From: the human T2T-CHM13v2.0 reference genome, Homo sapiens
Strand: one strand, 5' to 3'
Assembly: GCF_009914755.1 (NCBI RefSeq)
Contig: NC_060931.1
Length of the DNA stretch: 64,000 bases
Position 1 is the stretch's first letter. Each line of letters starts with the position of its first letter. The notes beneath the pieces were generated by a model. It had not been told where the DNA came from, searched no databases, and saw nothing but the letters and a program-made list of their open reading frames with translations. A program made the position numbers and the translations under genes. This document shows positions 26,533-41,876 of the stretch, one piece after another.

Positions 26533-28134
26533 AGGAAGGAAAAGCATGATTTGGGTCCCACTTGGGTTGGAGAAGGTCATAGAATCATGGAGAAAGTCTG
26601 GAGCTGAGGATAGGATGTAGGCATCCCCCCACTTCCCTTTAAGAAGTCTATTATTTAAAAATGCACAAATATATTCTTCACTTACAAGTGTATTCTTCTC
26701 ATAAAAATTCAAACACCGTTAAAATTTTTAAGTCCCCGTTTGCCATCAGCTACAGGCTAGTCTCTTGCCTAGTGGTAAGCTCTATTATTCATTTATTATT
26801 CATTCATTATTCAAACTTTATTCTATAAATAAAATTTATAGTCCTAGGTATTAACAAACAGTATGTACTTTCTGTGTCATGCCATTATTCTCTGCACATG
26901 TACTTACCCCATCCAAACTCCCCAAATTGGGATTTTACTGCACAGATTGTTTAACAACCTGATTTTTTCCTGAAAAATACTTAATGAACATTTTCCTTAG
27001 TCCTTAGATCATAAAAATTTTTTTGAATTTTAATCTAAGCAAGACATACATATTAAGATTTAAAGAAGTAATATAAGGCTTAAAATGAAGACCATCTATC
27101 CTCCCTGTGTATCTCTTCCTCCTAAACATTTAGCTGTTGCTTTTGGTAATTACTTTTAAGTGGTATGCTTATACTTATATTATTTAATTCACCACTTTTT
27201 GATATATCTAATGAACTTTTATTATAAAAGAGACTTCCTACCCCTATTGCTTCTACTGTTTCTCCTTCCATTCTACAAATAGAAGCATAATTATGGGTTA
27301 AATAAATGGAATGAATGTATTTATTCAGTCTTTCTTATATCTGTTATTATGAAAATGTGAGTATTGTTCACTGATGAACCAAGGCGCATGTTATGATCAT
27401 ATTTCCTTCCTTGTACAACATTTTTTCCTTTGCTTAGCTTTCCATCACATTGTCCAATGAATACACCTGGTCAAACATATCAGTCATCCCAATCAGTTGT
27501 AGATCCCTCTCCCCTGGAGGCCTCCCTCTAGACTGGTGCCCTCTTGACTTCCTGTACAGCTTTCCAAGTAGGACTTCCCACTGGCTCCCCGCTATGTTAG
27601 CTCATCTGTGTCTCAATTCTCCTGTCTTTTTTTTTTTTTTCTTGGCTTGCCCGCTCTCTTTGGTGGGGGCTGTCTTTCATTACACTCCTAGTTGCCTAAC
27701 CAATATTTACTATTCTATTCCTACTGCTTAGTGGAATCCTTATTTTAACATTATGGGTTCAGCAATGCATTCATCTAATAAAGCTATGTTCTGTAGGCAT
27801 CCTTGTGGGTAGATGTGATCAATGAGATTTAAGTGCGTGGGATTTCTGAGACAACTCTTTTCCCTGTGTGCTTTCTTTTTTCTTCTCCTTTCTCCTGCCT
27901 GGCACATGGATGCGATGGCTGATCCTCTCATAGCTATATTGATTTTGAGGATGAAAGTACTTACAGTAGAAATCAGAAGGTAGAATGAAATATGTCCCTG
28001 ATGATTTTTTGGAGTCACAAACTGGCTGGAATTCTTACCTCTAGACTTCTTTTACTAGAGAGAGACTACAGTTGGCTCTTTACACAGTTCCTAAGTGATA
28101 AAATTGCTTCTTGAGAAAGAGTGCATGGAGATAA

Positions 28135-30430
<2,296 letters not shown>

Positions 30431-30707
30431 TGTGGTTTCAGAGTAAATAGAATAAATTTGTATTTTAAACTATAAGTTAAATGGAAGACCTCTAACTTGC
30501 AGTTGAATGGAAGACTTCTAACATTATAAACAAACTGTGGCCAAAATGTGATGTGGCTCTACTCAAGGGTACTCAGTTACTGGCAGAACTGGAATAGAAC
30601 TCTGAAAGTTTTGAGTTAGCTTCTGAGATGAGATTTATTATAAGTAGGTTCAACCAAGCACCTTTCATTGTTGAGATTAAGGGCCTGAATCCTCCTCTTC
30701 ACCCTTC

Positions 30708-31029
<322 letters not shown>

Positions 31030-32198
31030 TAAAAACTAAAGTCTGCTTTGGGGTTTCCCAGTTTCACGTAAACTTCGTTAGCCCATATGTTCATGAGAGA
31101 ATCCCACTAGGACAGTCAGAGACTCATGGCAGCACCAGTAGAAAAGCCTCATCTGTTAAGATTGCTACCAGGGTAGTGTGCTTGAACCTACGGCAAAAGG
31201 CATCCCTACCCGTCAACTCCCCCATCCCCTGCAGAGATAATGCAGCTTGGGACGTCATGGGCTGCAGTTTTAGCAAAAGTGCTTTGGAGGGAGGGAAGAG
31301 GAGAGGAAGGGGGCTGGCATACTCCAGGAAATTAAAGAATGTCTGAACAGTGAAGCGACAAGATGGTAATCACTGCCAGGCTGGCTAATTGAGACTTGGC
31401 TTACAAGGCTGACAGCAGAGGAAGAACAGTAGTCTGGTTTCAGAACCAAGATTAACAGGAGAGAAAAAAGATCTAATTGGAAGCTGCATTAACTTTTTGA
31501 AGAGGCAGATAACCGCTGAGAGGCAGGGCAACTCTATTCATAGGGACAGGCTCATCATGGAAAGGAAATAGAAGATTAATCCACTATGGATTCTCTACGC
31601 TTGGACTGATTTAATTTCCAAAGACCTCCTTCAAGTCTGCCTTCTCTTTGCTCCCTCTCAGGGTCATTTCTAGACATGGAAAGGTGGCATTTGTGTTTCC
31701 CTTCCATGGAATGAACCTTGTGGGGCTGAAAAGGGGTGACAACCTGGTGGTGCCAGAGAGATGACTGCGAGTGACTGCCAGATGCAAACCGTGGAGGCTC
31801 AGGGCTGTTCCAGGTCTCTTGGGACCTCGGGACAGACATGCACAGGGGCTGTAAAAGAATGATTGCCTCCTAGCTGCACCCCGGCCTGAACCAGGGTCAG
31901 GGTAGCTGGTTTACAAGGAATTTGTCAAAGCTTTGCAGGGACTACATGTTGAAACGTTGGGGTTGTAAACATGGTAGGAAGGCATGGAGACAAAAGCATT
32001 TAGGAAAAAAAAAATGAGTTACTTGCAAAGAGGTTTTGCAAGGGTGTCCAGGCTTTTCAAGATTAATCTCCAAGTAAAAATATGTTAGTTACTGAAAGAA
32101 AAGAAATCAAGATGACCAAGACTGCTTTGTATGTAGTATGTTCCCAGTATGCAAATAGCAGTTTTCTCACTTGATTAAGATATACTCAAAGGTAATCA

Positions 32199-32440
32199 CG
32201 GGAGGCCGAGGCAGGTGGATCACGAGGTCAGGAGATCGAGACCATCCTGGCTAACACAGTGAAACCCTGTCTCTACTAAAAATACAAAAAATTAGCCAGG
32301 CGTGGTGGCGGGAGGCTGAGGCAGGAGAATGGCGTGAACCTAGGAGGTGGAGCTTGCGGTGAGCTGAGATCGTGCCACTGCACTCCAGCCCGGGTGACAG
32401 AGCAAGACTCCATCTAAAAAAAAAGAAAAGAAAAAAAAAA
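32199..32440 (+). mobile_element. AluY-like, 5'-truncated, with right-arm deletion
   Basis: 'gagatcgagaccatcctggctaacac'; 'gtggtggcggg|aggctgagg' lacks the cgcctgtagtcccagctactc segment. Confidence 0.92.
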
Positions 32441-34029
32441 GGGTGATCATGTGTCTGGAGACATCAAGACTTCAGAAGTCAGGAATAAAGTTTTCTGTTG
32501 ATATTTTTTAGGGAGTCCACGACCTAATGGCTCAAGTTCTCATTTATTTTGAGAACCAGAGTAATCCTGACAGGGTAATCCTGGTTTTGTTTCTTGTTTT
32601 GTTGATATTGTTGATCTCGGGTACAAAGTGCCTTCTGGCCGTGGGGCATGGTTTGCAGTTGCTCATAAAGGAGGCACAGCAAGGTTTCAGTTTTGCTTTC
32701 ACAGACACACCTAGTCCTTAATCCCCTGCAAAGGTGTTGACTTGATCATAAAAGTTTGCTTAGCAATTTTATGATTCATATCATTAATTGGCTGCTTTCT
32801 TTTATTTGGCTGGTTTTACTAACCTAGGTATAAAAAGGGATGTTGGTTAATGTATAAATACCTTACTGTGATGTGGTTAATAAAACTAGAGTCAAAGGAT
32901 ACTAAGGCTTGGGAGCTAGTTTCTGTCTGAAAGCTTTATAAAGCCTTTAGGGTTGAATTTTTATTCATTTTATGTGCTAGAAGTATTTTTATTGCTCTTA
33001 TTAACTTGTCTACTGAGACCAGGAACCAAGACCTGTCCAGTTCTCCTCTCCCAGGTTTCACTGCCAGTAGCTATAACTGTAGGGGCTTCCTACAGCTTCC
33101 CATGCTTCTGGCCAGGCAGAATATGGCATTTTTTTTTACCATCTATAAGGCTAGGATTTCATAAGCTACAAAGCATGTGCCAGGCCAGATTTTTCTGTGG
33201 AAAATTTATAGGCATCATTTTCTCATATGACGTACAGTTCCTGTTCCTTAGTCATAGGCTTATCATATCCAATTAAATGAGATTTGTTTTTCCATGTGAC
33301 ATTTATGGCATGACTGTGGTTATAAATTTGATTTTTCCAATTATATTCCAGTAGAAAGCAGGACATACTCTTTTTTTTTTTTCCCACATTTCTCCTTTTA
33401 TTTCATTCTTAGTTAAGTGAAATACTCTGCCAGGAGAAAACTTAAATGACTATCCAATGGGTATTTTGTTTTGTTTTGTTTTTTTAAATAATCTAGTAAA
33501 TTCAGACACTTTTTCTTTTTACGCAAAGTCACAAATGACATTATATGTTGTTAAGTGTTTTTTATTACTCTTAAGTAATGGTTAACTTAAACTTAAGCCA
33601 AAGTTAAGTTTATGATTTTCTGATTTTTTTTACATATCCTTCCTCTCTTCCCTACTTCCTCCCCTTAAGAACTCTATTCTTATTTTCTCATTTATATTCC
33701 AAATGACGCTGTCAGGAATTGAAACCTTTTGTAAGGTATGTAAACTTTTTGGGGGTTGATGTTTTTCATTCAAATAGTCTAATATCAATGGATATGAACT
33801 CTGCATTTTTTACTTCTAAATCTTATGCATCATTTAAATGTTAACTTTCAAAATATTAATCTTGAATTTTCACACTTTTGTGTGAGTTGGAATTATTATC
33901 CAATTAAATGAACATAAATTATACTGCCTACATAGATTGGAAAAATATCTTGGTGGGCTGTGTGTGTATGTGCACACATGCATTTATATAAAAGCAAATA
34001 TCAACTTACAAAAACCAGTTCAGTCTTTT

Positions 34030-34649
34030 TTAAAAAATTTATTTGCATAGCTTATTGGGGAACAGGTGGTGTTTGGTTATATGAGTAAGTTCCTTAGTGA
34101 TGATTTGTGAGATTTTGGTGTACCCATCACCCAAGGAGTATACACTGCACCCTATTTGTAGTCTTTTATCCCTCACCCCCTTTCCCCTTGTATCTCCAAA
34201 GTCTGCTGTGTCATTCATATGCCTTTGCATCCTCATAGTTTAGCTCCCACATATCAATGAGAACATACAATGTTTGGTTTTCCATTCCTGAGTTACTTTA
34301 CTTAGAATTTAATAGTCTCCAATCTTATCCAGGTAGCTGCGAATGCCATTAATTCATTCCTTTTGTGGCTGAATAGTGTTCCATCATATATATATATATA
34401 TAATAGTATATATATACTATATATATGTATATACTATATACATGTATATACTATTATATATAATAGTATATACATGTATATACTATTATATATAATAGTA
34501 TATACATGTATATACTATTATATATAATAGTATATATATACTATATATGTATATACTATATATATGTATATACTATTATATATAATAGTATATACATGTA
34601 TATACTATTATATATAATAGTATATATATATAATGCCTTTTGGCTGTTG

Positions 34650-34710
<61 letters not shown>

Positions 34711-35593
34711 ATTTCTTTATTTCTTTATCCACTCATTGATTGATGGGCATTTGTGCTGGTTCCACATTTTTGGAATTGTGAATTGTGCTGCTCTAAACAT
34801 GTGTGTGCAAGTATCTTTTTCGTATAATGACTTCTTTTCCTCTGGGTAGATACTCAGTAGTGGGATTGCTGGATCAAATGGTGGTTCTACTTTTAGCTCC
34901 TTAAGGAATCTCCGCACTGTTTTCCATAGTGGCTGTACTAGTTTACATTCCCACCAGCAGTGTAGAAGTCTTCCCTGTTCACTGCATCCATGCCAACATC
35001 TACTATTTTTTTATTATGGCCACTTTTGCAGGAGTAAGGTGGTATCACATTGTGGTTTTCATTTGCATTTCCCTGATCGTTAGTGATGTTGAACGTTTTT
35101 TCATATGTTTGTTGGCTGTTTGTGTATCTTCTTTTGAGAATTGTCTATTCATGTCCTTAGCCTACTTTTTGATGGAATTGCTTGTTTTTTTTTTCTTGCT
35201 GATTTGTTTGAATTTATTGTAGATTCTGGATATTAGTCCTTTGTCAAATGTATAGATTGTGAAGATTTTCTCCCACTCTGTGGGTTGTCTTTTTACTCTG
35301 CTGATTATTCCTTTTGCCTTGCAAAAGCTCTTTAGTTTAATTATGTCGCAGCTATTTATCTTTGTTTTTATTGCATTTGCTTTTGGGTTCTTGGTCATGA
35401 AATCCTTGCCTCAGCCAATGTCTAGAAGGATTTTTCCAATGTTATCTTCTAGAGTTTTTATAGTTTCAGGTCTTAGATTTAAGATCTTAATCCATCTTGA
35501 GTTGATTTTTGTATAGGTGAGAGACGAGGATCCAGTTTCATTCTCCTACATGTGGCTAGTCAATTATCCCAGCACTATTTGTTGAAAAGGGTG
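34030..35593 (-). mobile_element. L1PB1-like 3' fragment with AT-rich minisatellite
   Basis: 3'UTR 'ggggaacaggtggtgtttggttatatgagtaagttc'; ORF2 remnants 34717-34917 and 35162-35398. Confidence 0.92.
34385..34706. repeat. Palindromic AT-rich minisatellite plus (TA)n
   Basis: Repeated tatatactattatatataatagtatata(catg), which is self-complementary; pure (TA)n at 34653-34706. Confidence 0.9.
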
Positions 35594-36211
35594 AAACAGG
35601 ACATATTCTTATTAAATCTATGTAAATAACATGATCATGGAAGGTAAAAATTTTAGTAAAGGACTTTTCATAATACTTAACCATTATTATTTCTATTTGA
35701 GTTGTTTTATAGAGAAGGCCACTCAATTTGTCAGTTTTACAGAATCATTCTTCTTAGATTTTTTCTGATCATTTATTAGCTTATAATATTATTAAGATCT
35801 TTCATAGAATTTTTTATCTGAATTCTGAGAGATTAGTTTGAAGATATCAGTTGGAGAGTGTTTCATTCTAGTTTAATATATGTATAGCCTATTAAATTGC
35901 AGTTCAAAGACAGATCAAGAAGAAATAAAAAGGGCTTTCTCATATGTCCATCAACATACATCATTACTCATACCTGAGTTAATTTCATTTGCTCCTAGGT
36001 AATTAATTCTTATTTTTCTTAGATTAGTTAGCAGTCTACTTAAAAAAATTTATCGGTTTTCGAACTAAGAGAGTCTTGGAATTACTGACCTGGGTCCCTG
36101 GTACAGATTGACAGACATTTGTTGGTGATGACAGTGTCAGCTTACCCTGGCAAACCTGCACCCCTTAGTCTATTGCTTTAATACCCCTAATTAAGAGAAC
36201 ATGAGACTTAC

Positions 36212-36274
36212 CGAGGGTCTTCTGATATTTTTTCCAGAAGATTCCATGTCTGATCTGCATTTTGTGGAAGGAAC
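36212..36274 (-). other. Candidate 63-nt exon just downstream of LTR12
   Basis: Minus strand: ttttctgctttttcttcaaacttacctacag|GTTCC...CCTCG|gtaagt; all three frames open. Confidence 0.4.
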
Positions 36275-36321
36275 CTGTAGGTAAGTTTGAAGAAAAAGCA
36301 GAAAATACCTGTCAATAATAA

Positions 36322-37019
36322 TGTTTCTGGAATTGGCTCCTTCTGGTGGGTTCTTGGTCTTGCTGACTTCAAGAATGAAGCCGCAGACCCTTGCGGTGAG
36401 TGTTGTAGTTCTTAAAGATGGTGTGTCCGGAGTTTGTTCCTTCAGATGTTCAGATGTGTCCGGAGTTTCTTCCTTCCAGTGGGTTGGTGGTCTTGCTGAC
36501 TTCAGGAGTGAAGCCACAGACCTTCACAGTGAGTGTCACAGCTCTTAAAGGTGGTACGTCCGGAGTTGTTTGTTCCTCCCGGTGGGTTCGTGGTCTCGCT
36601 GACTTCAGGAATGAAGCTGCAGACCCTCGAGGTGGGCAGCTCATAAAGGTAGTGCGGACCCAAACAGTGAGCAGCAGCAAGATTTATTGTGAAGAGTGAA
36701 AGAACAAAGCTTCCACAGCATGGAAGGGGACCCTAGTGGGTTGCTGCTGCTGGCTTAGGTGGCCAGCTTTTATTCCCTTATTTGGCCCTGCCCACATCCT
36801 GCTGATTGGTCTCTTACAGAGTGCTGATTGATGCATTTACAAACCTTTAGCTAGACACAGAGCGCTGATTGGTGTGTTTTTACAGAGTGCTGATTGGTGC
36901 ATTTACAAACCTTTAGCTAGACACAGAGCACTGATTTGTGTGTTTATAACCCTCTAGCTAGACAGAAAAGTTCTCCAAGTCCCCACCCGACCCAGAAGCC
37001 CAGCTGGCTTCACCTCTAA
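36322..37019 (-). mobile_element. LTR12-family (HERV9) solo LTR
   Basis: Repeated 'cttgctgacttcag(g)a.tgaagc' and 'gctgattggt' (CCAAT boxes on minus strand); 4-bp TSD ataa. Confidence 0.93.
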
Positions 37020-37196
37020 ATAAGATTCAATGGCTTGGGTTAGTTTATTACAACAAATAATATCAGAAAGAGGGATGGTGGATTCCTCTGTTGATATATA
37101 ATACATTGTGAAATTTACAAGGAGTTAATCAATAATTACCATAGAGGAAAAATATATTGTGGATGGGGTAGATATTGATATATTTCCAGAGCCTTT

Positions 37197-37897
37197 TAAT
37201 ATAGTCTTGAGTATTTGTCCCCACCCAAATCTTTTTATTTTGAGACAGAGTTTTGCTGTCACCCAGGCTGGAGTGCAGTGGCTTGATCTCAGCTCTGTGC
37301 AACCTCTGCCTCCTGGTTTCAAGCAATTCTCCTGCCTCAGCCTCCTGGGTAGCTGGGATTATAGGTGCCCGCCACCACACATGGCTAATTTTTGCATTTT
37401 TCATAGAGGTGGGCTTTCCCCATGTTGGCCAGTCTGGTCTCGAACTCCTGATCTCAAGTGATCCGCCTGCCTTGGCCTCCCAAAGTACTGGGATTACAGG
37501 CATGAGCTGTCCCTGCCCAAATCTCATGTTGAATTGGAATGCACAATGTTAGAGGTGGAGCCTAGTGGGAACTGTTGGGTTATGGGGGTGGATCCCTCAT
37601 GGCTTGATGCTGTTCTTGCAATAGTGAGTGTGTACCTGTGAGACCTGGTTGTTTTATGTGTGTGGCACCGCTCGCCCTGACTCTCTCTTGCTTCCAATCT
37701 GTCATGTGAGATGCCTGCTCCTGTTTTGCTTTCTGTCATGAATGAAAGCTCCCTGTAGCCTTTGCAGAAGCTGAGCATATGCTGGTGCCGTACTTCTTGT
37801 ACAGCCTGCAGAACCATAAGCCAATTAAACCTCTTTTCTTTATAAATTACCCAGTCTTATGTATTTCTTTATAGGAATGCAAGAACGGCCTAACATA
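37197..37897 (+). mobile_element. MST (MaLR) solo LTR interrupted by an Alu
   Basis: 'tttgtccccacccaaatct..catgttgaattg', 'cagcctgcagaaccataagccaattaaacctcttttctttataaattaccc'. Confidence 0.88.
37232..37514 (-). mobile_element. Alu (AluSz/Sx-like)
   Basis: Dimer; TSD cccaaatct. Confidence 0.93.
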
Positions 37898-38152
37898 CCT
37901 TTTAATTCAAACCATAATGTGTTATAACTGTTCTTAATTAGCAAGAATATTTAAACCTAGAAACAAAATTTTAATTAAAAAATCCATTTGTTGGAAGTTA
38001 TGCCAGTCTTACAGGACCATTAGTGTATTCTTTCCAATCTGAGAGATACTAAATTCTAAAACATATTCGGATTAATAACATTTTACTTGTATGTCATTAA
38101 TTTAGGGAGGTTATGTTTCCCTTCTGATATACTAGCTCTTTTATTCTTGCAG

Positions 38153-38173
38153 GCTTTGATAAATAGTGTGAAG
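38153..38173 (+). other. Candidate 21-nt microexon (ALINSVK)
   Basis: ctcttttattcttgcag|GCTTTGATAAATAGTGTGAAG|gtaagt; only phase 0 is open. Confidence 0.4.
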
Positions 38174-39072
38174 GTAAGTAAAAATGTGGAGACTTTCAAA
38201 TATATTCAACTATATCTAGTAATTCTTCTTTTTCAAAATGTGGGAGTGGGGAACAAATCTTTGAAATTATTCAATCTGGAAAATCCTAAAGATCAGTTTA
38301 GGTTATAAAGGATAAATTATTTTGAATGGGGGCCTAAATTGGGAAAGGTGATATCCAAAATATTTTTCAAAGGAAACAAGCTATGAGCTGAAGTCATAGG
38401 TGTGTAAAGACAAGAAATGAATGACTTCTGACAAGAAAGAACATAACCACAGAAGCATATAACTAATTATTTGAAATCCTAGCTTCTTCAGAGTGGACTT
38501 TTGTTAAAATTGTTTCAAGAATGAATAAAGAAAACACAAAGAGTTAAGAGGCTGCTGAGTAAAGAGAAGGCATAGAATGGTTTGTACTGTTTCTTGCTAA
38601 CAAACTGTTACACAAAGACCAATTTGTCATTTCACAGGAAGAAAACTAAAATCTAGTTTTACTCTTTTTGTATTCTATACATGTAACATTTTCCTTTAAA
38701 GGATTCACAAATTTTGTATTGGTTTCTGGGGTCCAAAATTAGTCTCCTCTTTTCTATGTAAACCAGCAAGCAATTTCCATTATTTTATAAATGCATTTGC
38801 ACTTCTTTGTAAATGCTTGTACCTAGTGTAGTCTTAATCTCTTATATTGGCTTCAACTTTAAACCAAAGTAACTTACTTCCCCCAGCAGGTATGGAGGCA
38901 TCTGGGAAGCAGGTTGCCGAAAATAGTCTATCAACACAAAGGCTTAAGTAAAGCAGGAGAGCTCCCTTGTGGGCTGCTGTGCCTCATGTGCACACATATT
39001 ATACATCTACCCATGGTCACCTACCTCCACTTCACCCTTCTTGAGGCAGAAAAAGTAAACAGGTACACTCAC

Positions 39073-39122
39073 ATTCCCCAGATAGATCTTCACATCCTTC
39101 TCCTGAAGCTGTTAGCTTTTCT
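39073..39122 (-). other. Candidate 50-nt exon
   Basis: Minus strand: ttcccttacctctttctatacattag|AGAAAAG...GGGGAAT|gtgagt. Confidence 0.3.
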
Positions 39123-41013
39123 CTAATGTATAGAAAGAGGTAAGGGAATGTATACATATATGTATTTGTGTGTGTGTCTGTGTGTTGTGTGTGTGTATAT
39201 ATATGTGTATATATATATGAATAGATGTGCATGTTGAATGTATATATGTGGATGGATGTGTGTATGTACCTAGGTAATATACATAAACTGGGCTGTGTAT
39301 TTTGCATTCTCTTTATTTCTATGAAGTTTAATATTTAAAAGATTGTTTTTTCTTAATATTAGTCATAACTCTCAGAGTTAACTGAGAGGATTTCAGAAAA
39401 TTATGTTCCTTAGAAAATTTCTAAGGATTTCAGAAACTGTGTTCAGGCTCACGCAAAACAGGTAAGCACAATTCCTGTTCGTACTATGAGTTTACTAGAC
39501 AGAAGAAATTTAAATTTTACGTAGATTCATAACTGTTAATCTTTTTAAATAAAGACATTGCTTATCCTAATTTAATTTAGAATTTACAATTTTTATTTTT
39601 GATAACCTTAAATATTTTGTGGAATTGATGATTTATTTGACTCATATGATTAGTTTAGGAAATTTAGATAGCTTAAAACAGTTAAGACTTTTCACGGGTA
39701 ACTAACACCAAGTTTTGTATAAAGTAGAATGTTATGTTAACATTTTTCATGCAATGATAAAACTGGGAATCGTTTATTTTGTTGAGAGTTTACCTTGATT
39801 AGAAATATTATCTGATCTTCATTATACATATATATATTACATATGTATATTACGTGTGTACACATTTACATATACACATATATCCATACATATCTTTAAA
39901 ACTCTTTAACTTTTGTTTGAAAGTACTAAAGTCCTCTTAGGATAATTTTTCCCCCCTACAACTTGCCTTCCTTTGCTTTTTATCTTGGAACTTAGCAACT
40001 GTATTAGGCCATTCTTGCATTGCTATAAAGAAATACCAGAGACTGTATAATTTATAAAGAAAGAGGTTTAATTGGTTCACAGTTCTGCAGGCTGTACAGG
40101 AAGCATAGTGCCAACATCTCCCAAGGCCTTGGGCAGCTCTGCCCCGTGGCTTTGCAGGGTTCAGGCCTCATGGCTGTTCTCATGGGTAATTGAGTTCCTG
40201 TGGCTTTTTCATGTACAAAGTGCAAGCTACCAGTGGATTTACCATTCTGTGGTCTAGAGGACAGTGGCCCCCTCCTTACAGGTCCACTAGGCAGTGCCTC
40301 AGTGGGGACTCTGTGTGGGGGCTTCAACCCCATATTTCCCTGAAGCACTGCCCTAGTAGAGGTTCTCTGTGGGGGCTCCACTCATGCAGTAGGCTTATAC
40401 CTGGGCACCCAGGTTTTCTCACACAGCCTCTGAAATCTAGGTGGAGGCTGCCAAGCATTTTCACTCTGGCACTCTGCATGCCTGCAGGCTTAACACAACG
40501 TGAAAGCCACCAAGGCTTATGGCTTGCATCCTTCAAAGTGGCTGCCTGAGCTGTACTTGGGCCCCTTTGAGGACTGATGGAGTTGGAGCAGCCTGGATGC
40601 ATGGAGCAGTGTCTTGAGGCTGCACAGGGGAGCAGGCTGGACCATGAAACCATTATTTCCTCCTAGGCCTCTGGGCTTGTGATGGGAAGAGCTCTTGTGA
40701 AGGTCTCTGAAATGCCTTTGAGGCCTTTTCACCATTGTCTTGGATATTAGCACTTGGCTCCCTTTTAGTTACGCAAATATCTCTAGTGAGTGATTACTCC
40801 ACAGCCTGTTTGAATTTCTCTCCTGAAAAAGTGTACTTTTTCTCTTCCACATGGCTAGGCTGCAAAATCTCCAGAGTTTATGCTCTGCTTCCTATTTATA
40901 TATAAATTACATTTTTAAGTCATTTCTTTGCTCCTGCATCTGAACGTAGGCTGTTAGAAGCAGCCAGGCGACAGCTTGAATGCTTTGCTGCTTAGAAATT
41001 TCTCCCACCAGAT

Positions 41014-41876
41014 TCCTTAAAAAACTAAAAGTAGAACTACCATTTGATCCAGCAATCACCCTACTGGGTATCTTAGGAAAAGAAGTCATTTTCGAGGAAA
41101 AGAAGTCATTTCGAGGAAAAGAAGTCATTTTCGAGGAAAAGAAGTCATTATTCGAAAAAGATACTTGCACATACATGTTTATAGCCCCACGATTCATAAT
41201 TGCAAAATCATGGAATCAACCCAAATGCCCATTGATCAATGAGTGGATAAAGAAACTGTGATCTCTATCTATTTATAGATAGATAGATATCACAGAGTAG
41301 GAGGGGAGTGAGGGATAAATACAAGTGGCATTATAACACAAGATTCTCCCCAGGAACTGGAAAAGATTTGCCTTGACTTAAGAGTCCTGTGTGTGGTGCA
41401 CCTATCTGCCTGTGGTAGTTCAGTTGGCTCTCATGAATAACACCGCAGGTCATCTCAGTGAAACCTCCAAATCATTTGTACATGCTTTAAGATATTTCAG
41501 TATATATTTATGATGAAATACTACTCAGCCATAAAAAGGAATGAATTAGCAGCACTTGCAATGACCTGATTGAGATTGGAGGCTATTACTCTAAGTGAAG
41601 TAACTCAGGAATGTAAAACCAAACATGATATGTTCTCACTGATATGTGGGAGCTAAGCTATGATGACACAAAGGCATATGAATGATACAATGGACTTTAG
41701 GGACTTAGGGGGAAGAGTAGGAAGGGAGCGAGGGATAAAAGACAACATATATGGTGCAGTGTATACTGCTTGGGTGATGGGTACACCAGGATCTCACAAG
41801 TCACCACTAAAGAACTTACTCATGTAACCAAATACCACCTGTACCCCAATAACTTACAGAAAAATAAAATAAAATA
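41014..41876 (+). mobile_element. L1PB 3' fragment nested in MST internal region
   Basis: About 20-bp TSD agaaatttctYccaccagat (40994-41013, 41877-41896); L1PB 3'UTR. Confidence 0.92.
41076..41155 (+). repeat. ~20-bp tandem repeat, about 4 copies, expanded from L1 ORF2
   Basis: (aggaaaagaagtcattttcg)n. Confidence 0.9.

Noticed and set aside
41076-41155. Short direct repeats resembling a CRISPR array
   Set aside because: No spacers, derived from L1 sequence, eukaryotic context.
41323-41488. L1 3' transduction explanation for the duplicated unique DNA
   Set aside because: The insert lies upstream of the L1 3'UTR and has no poly(A) of its own.
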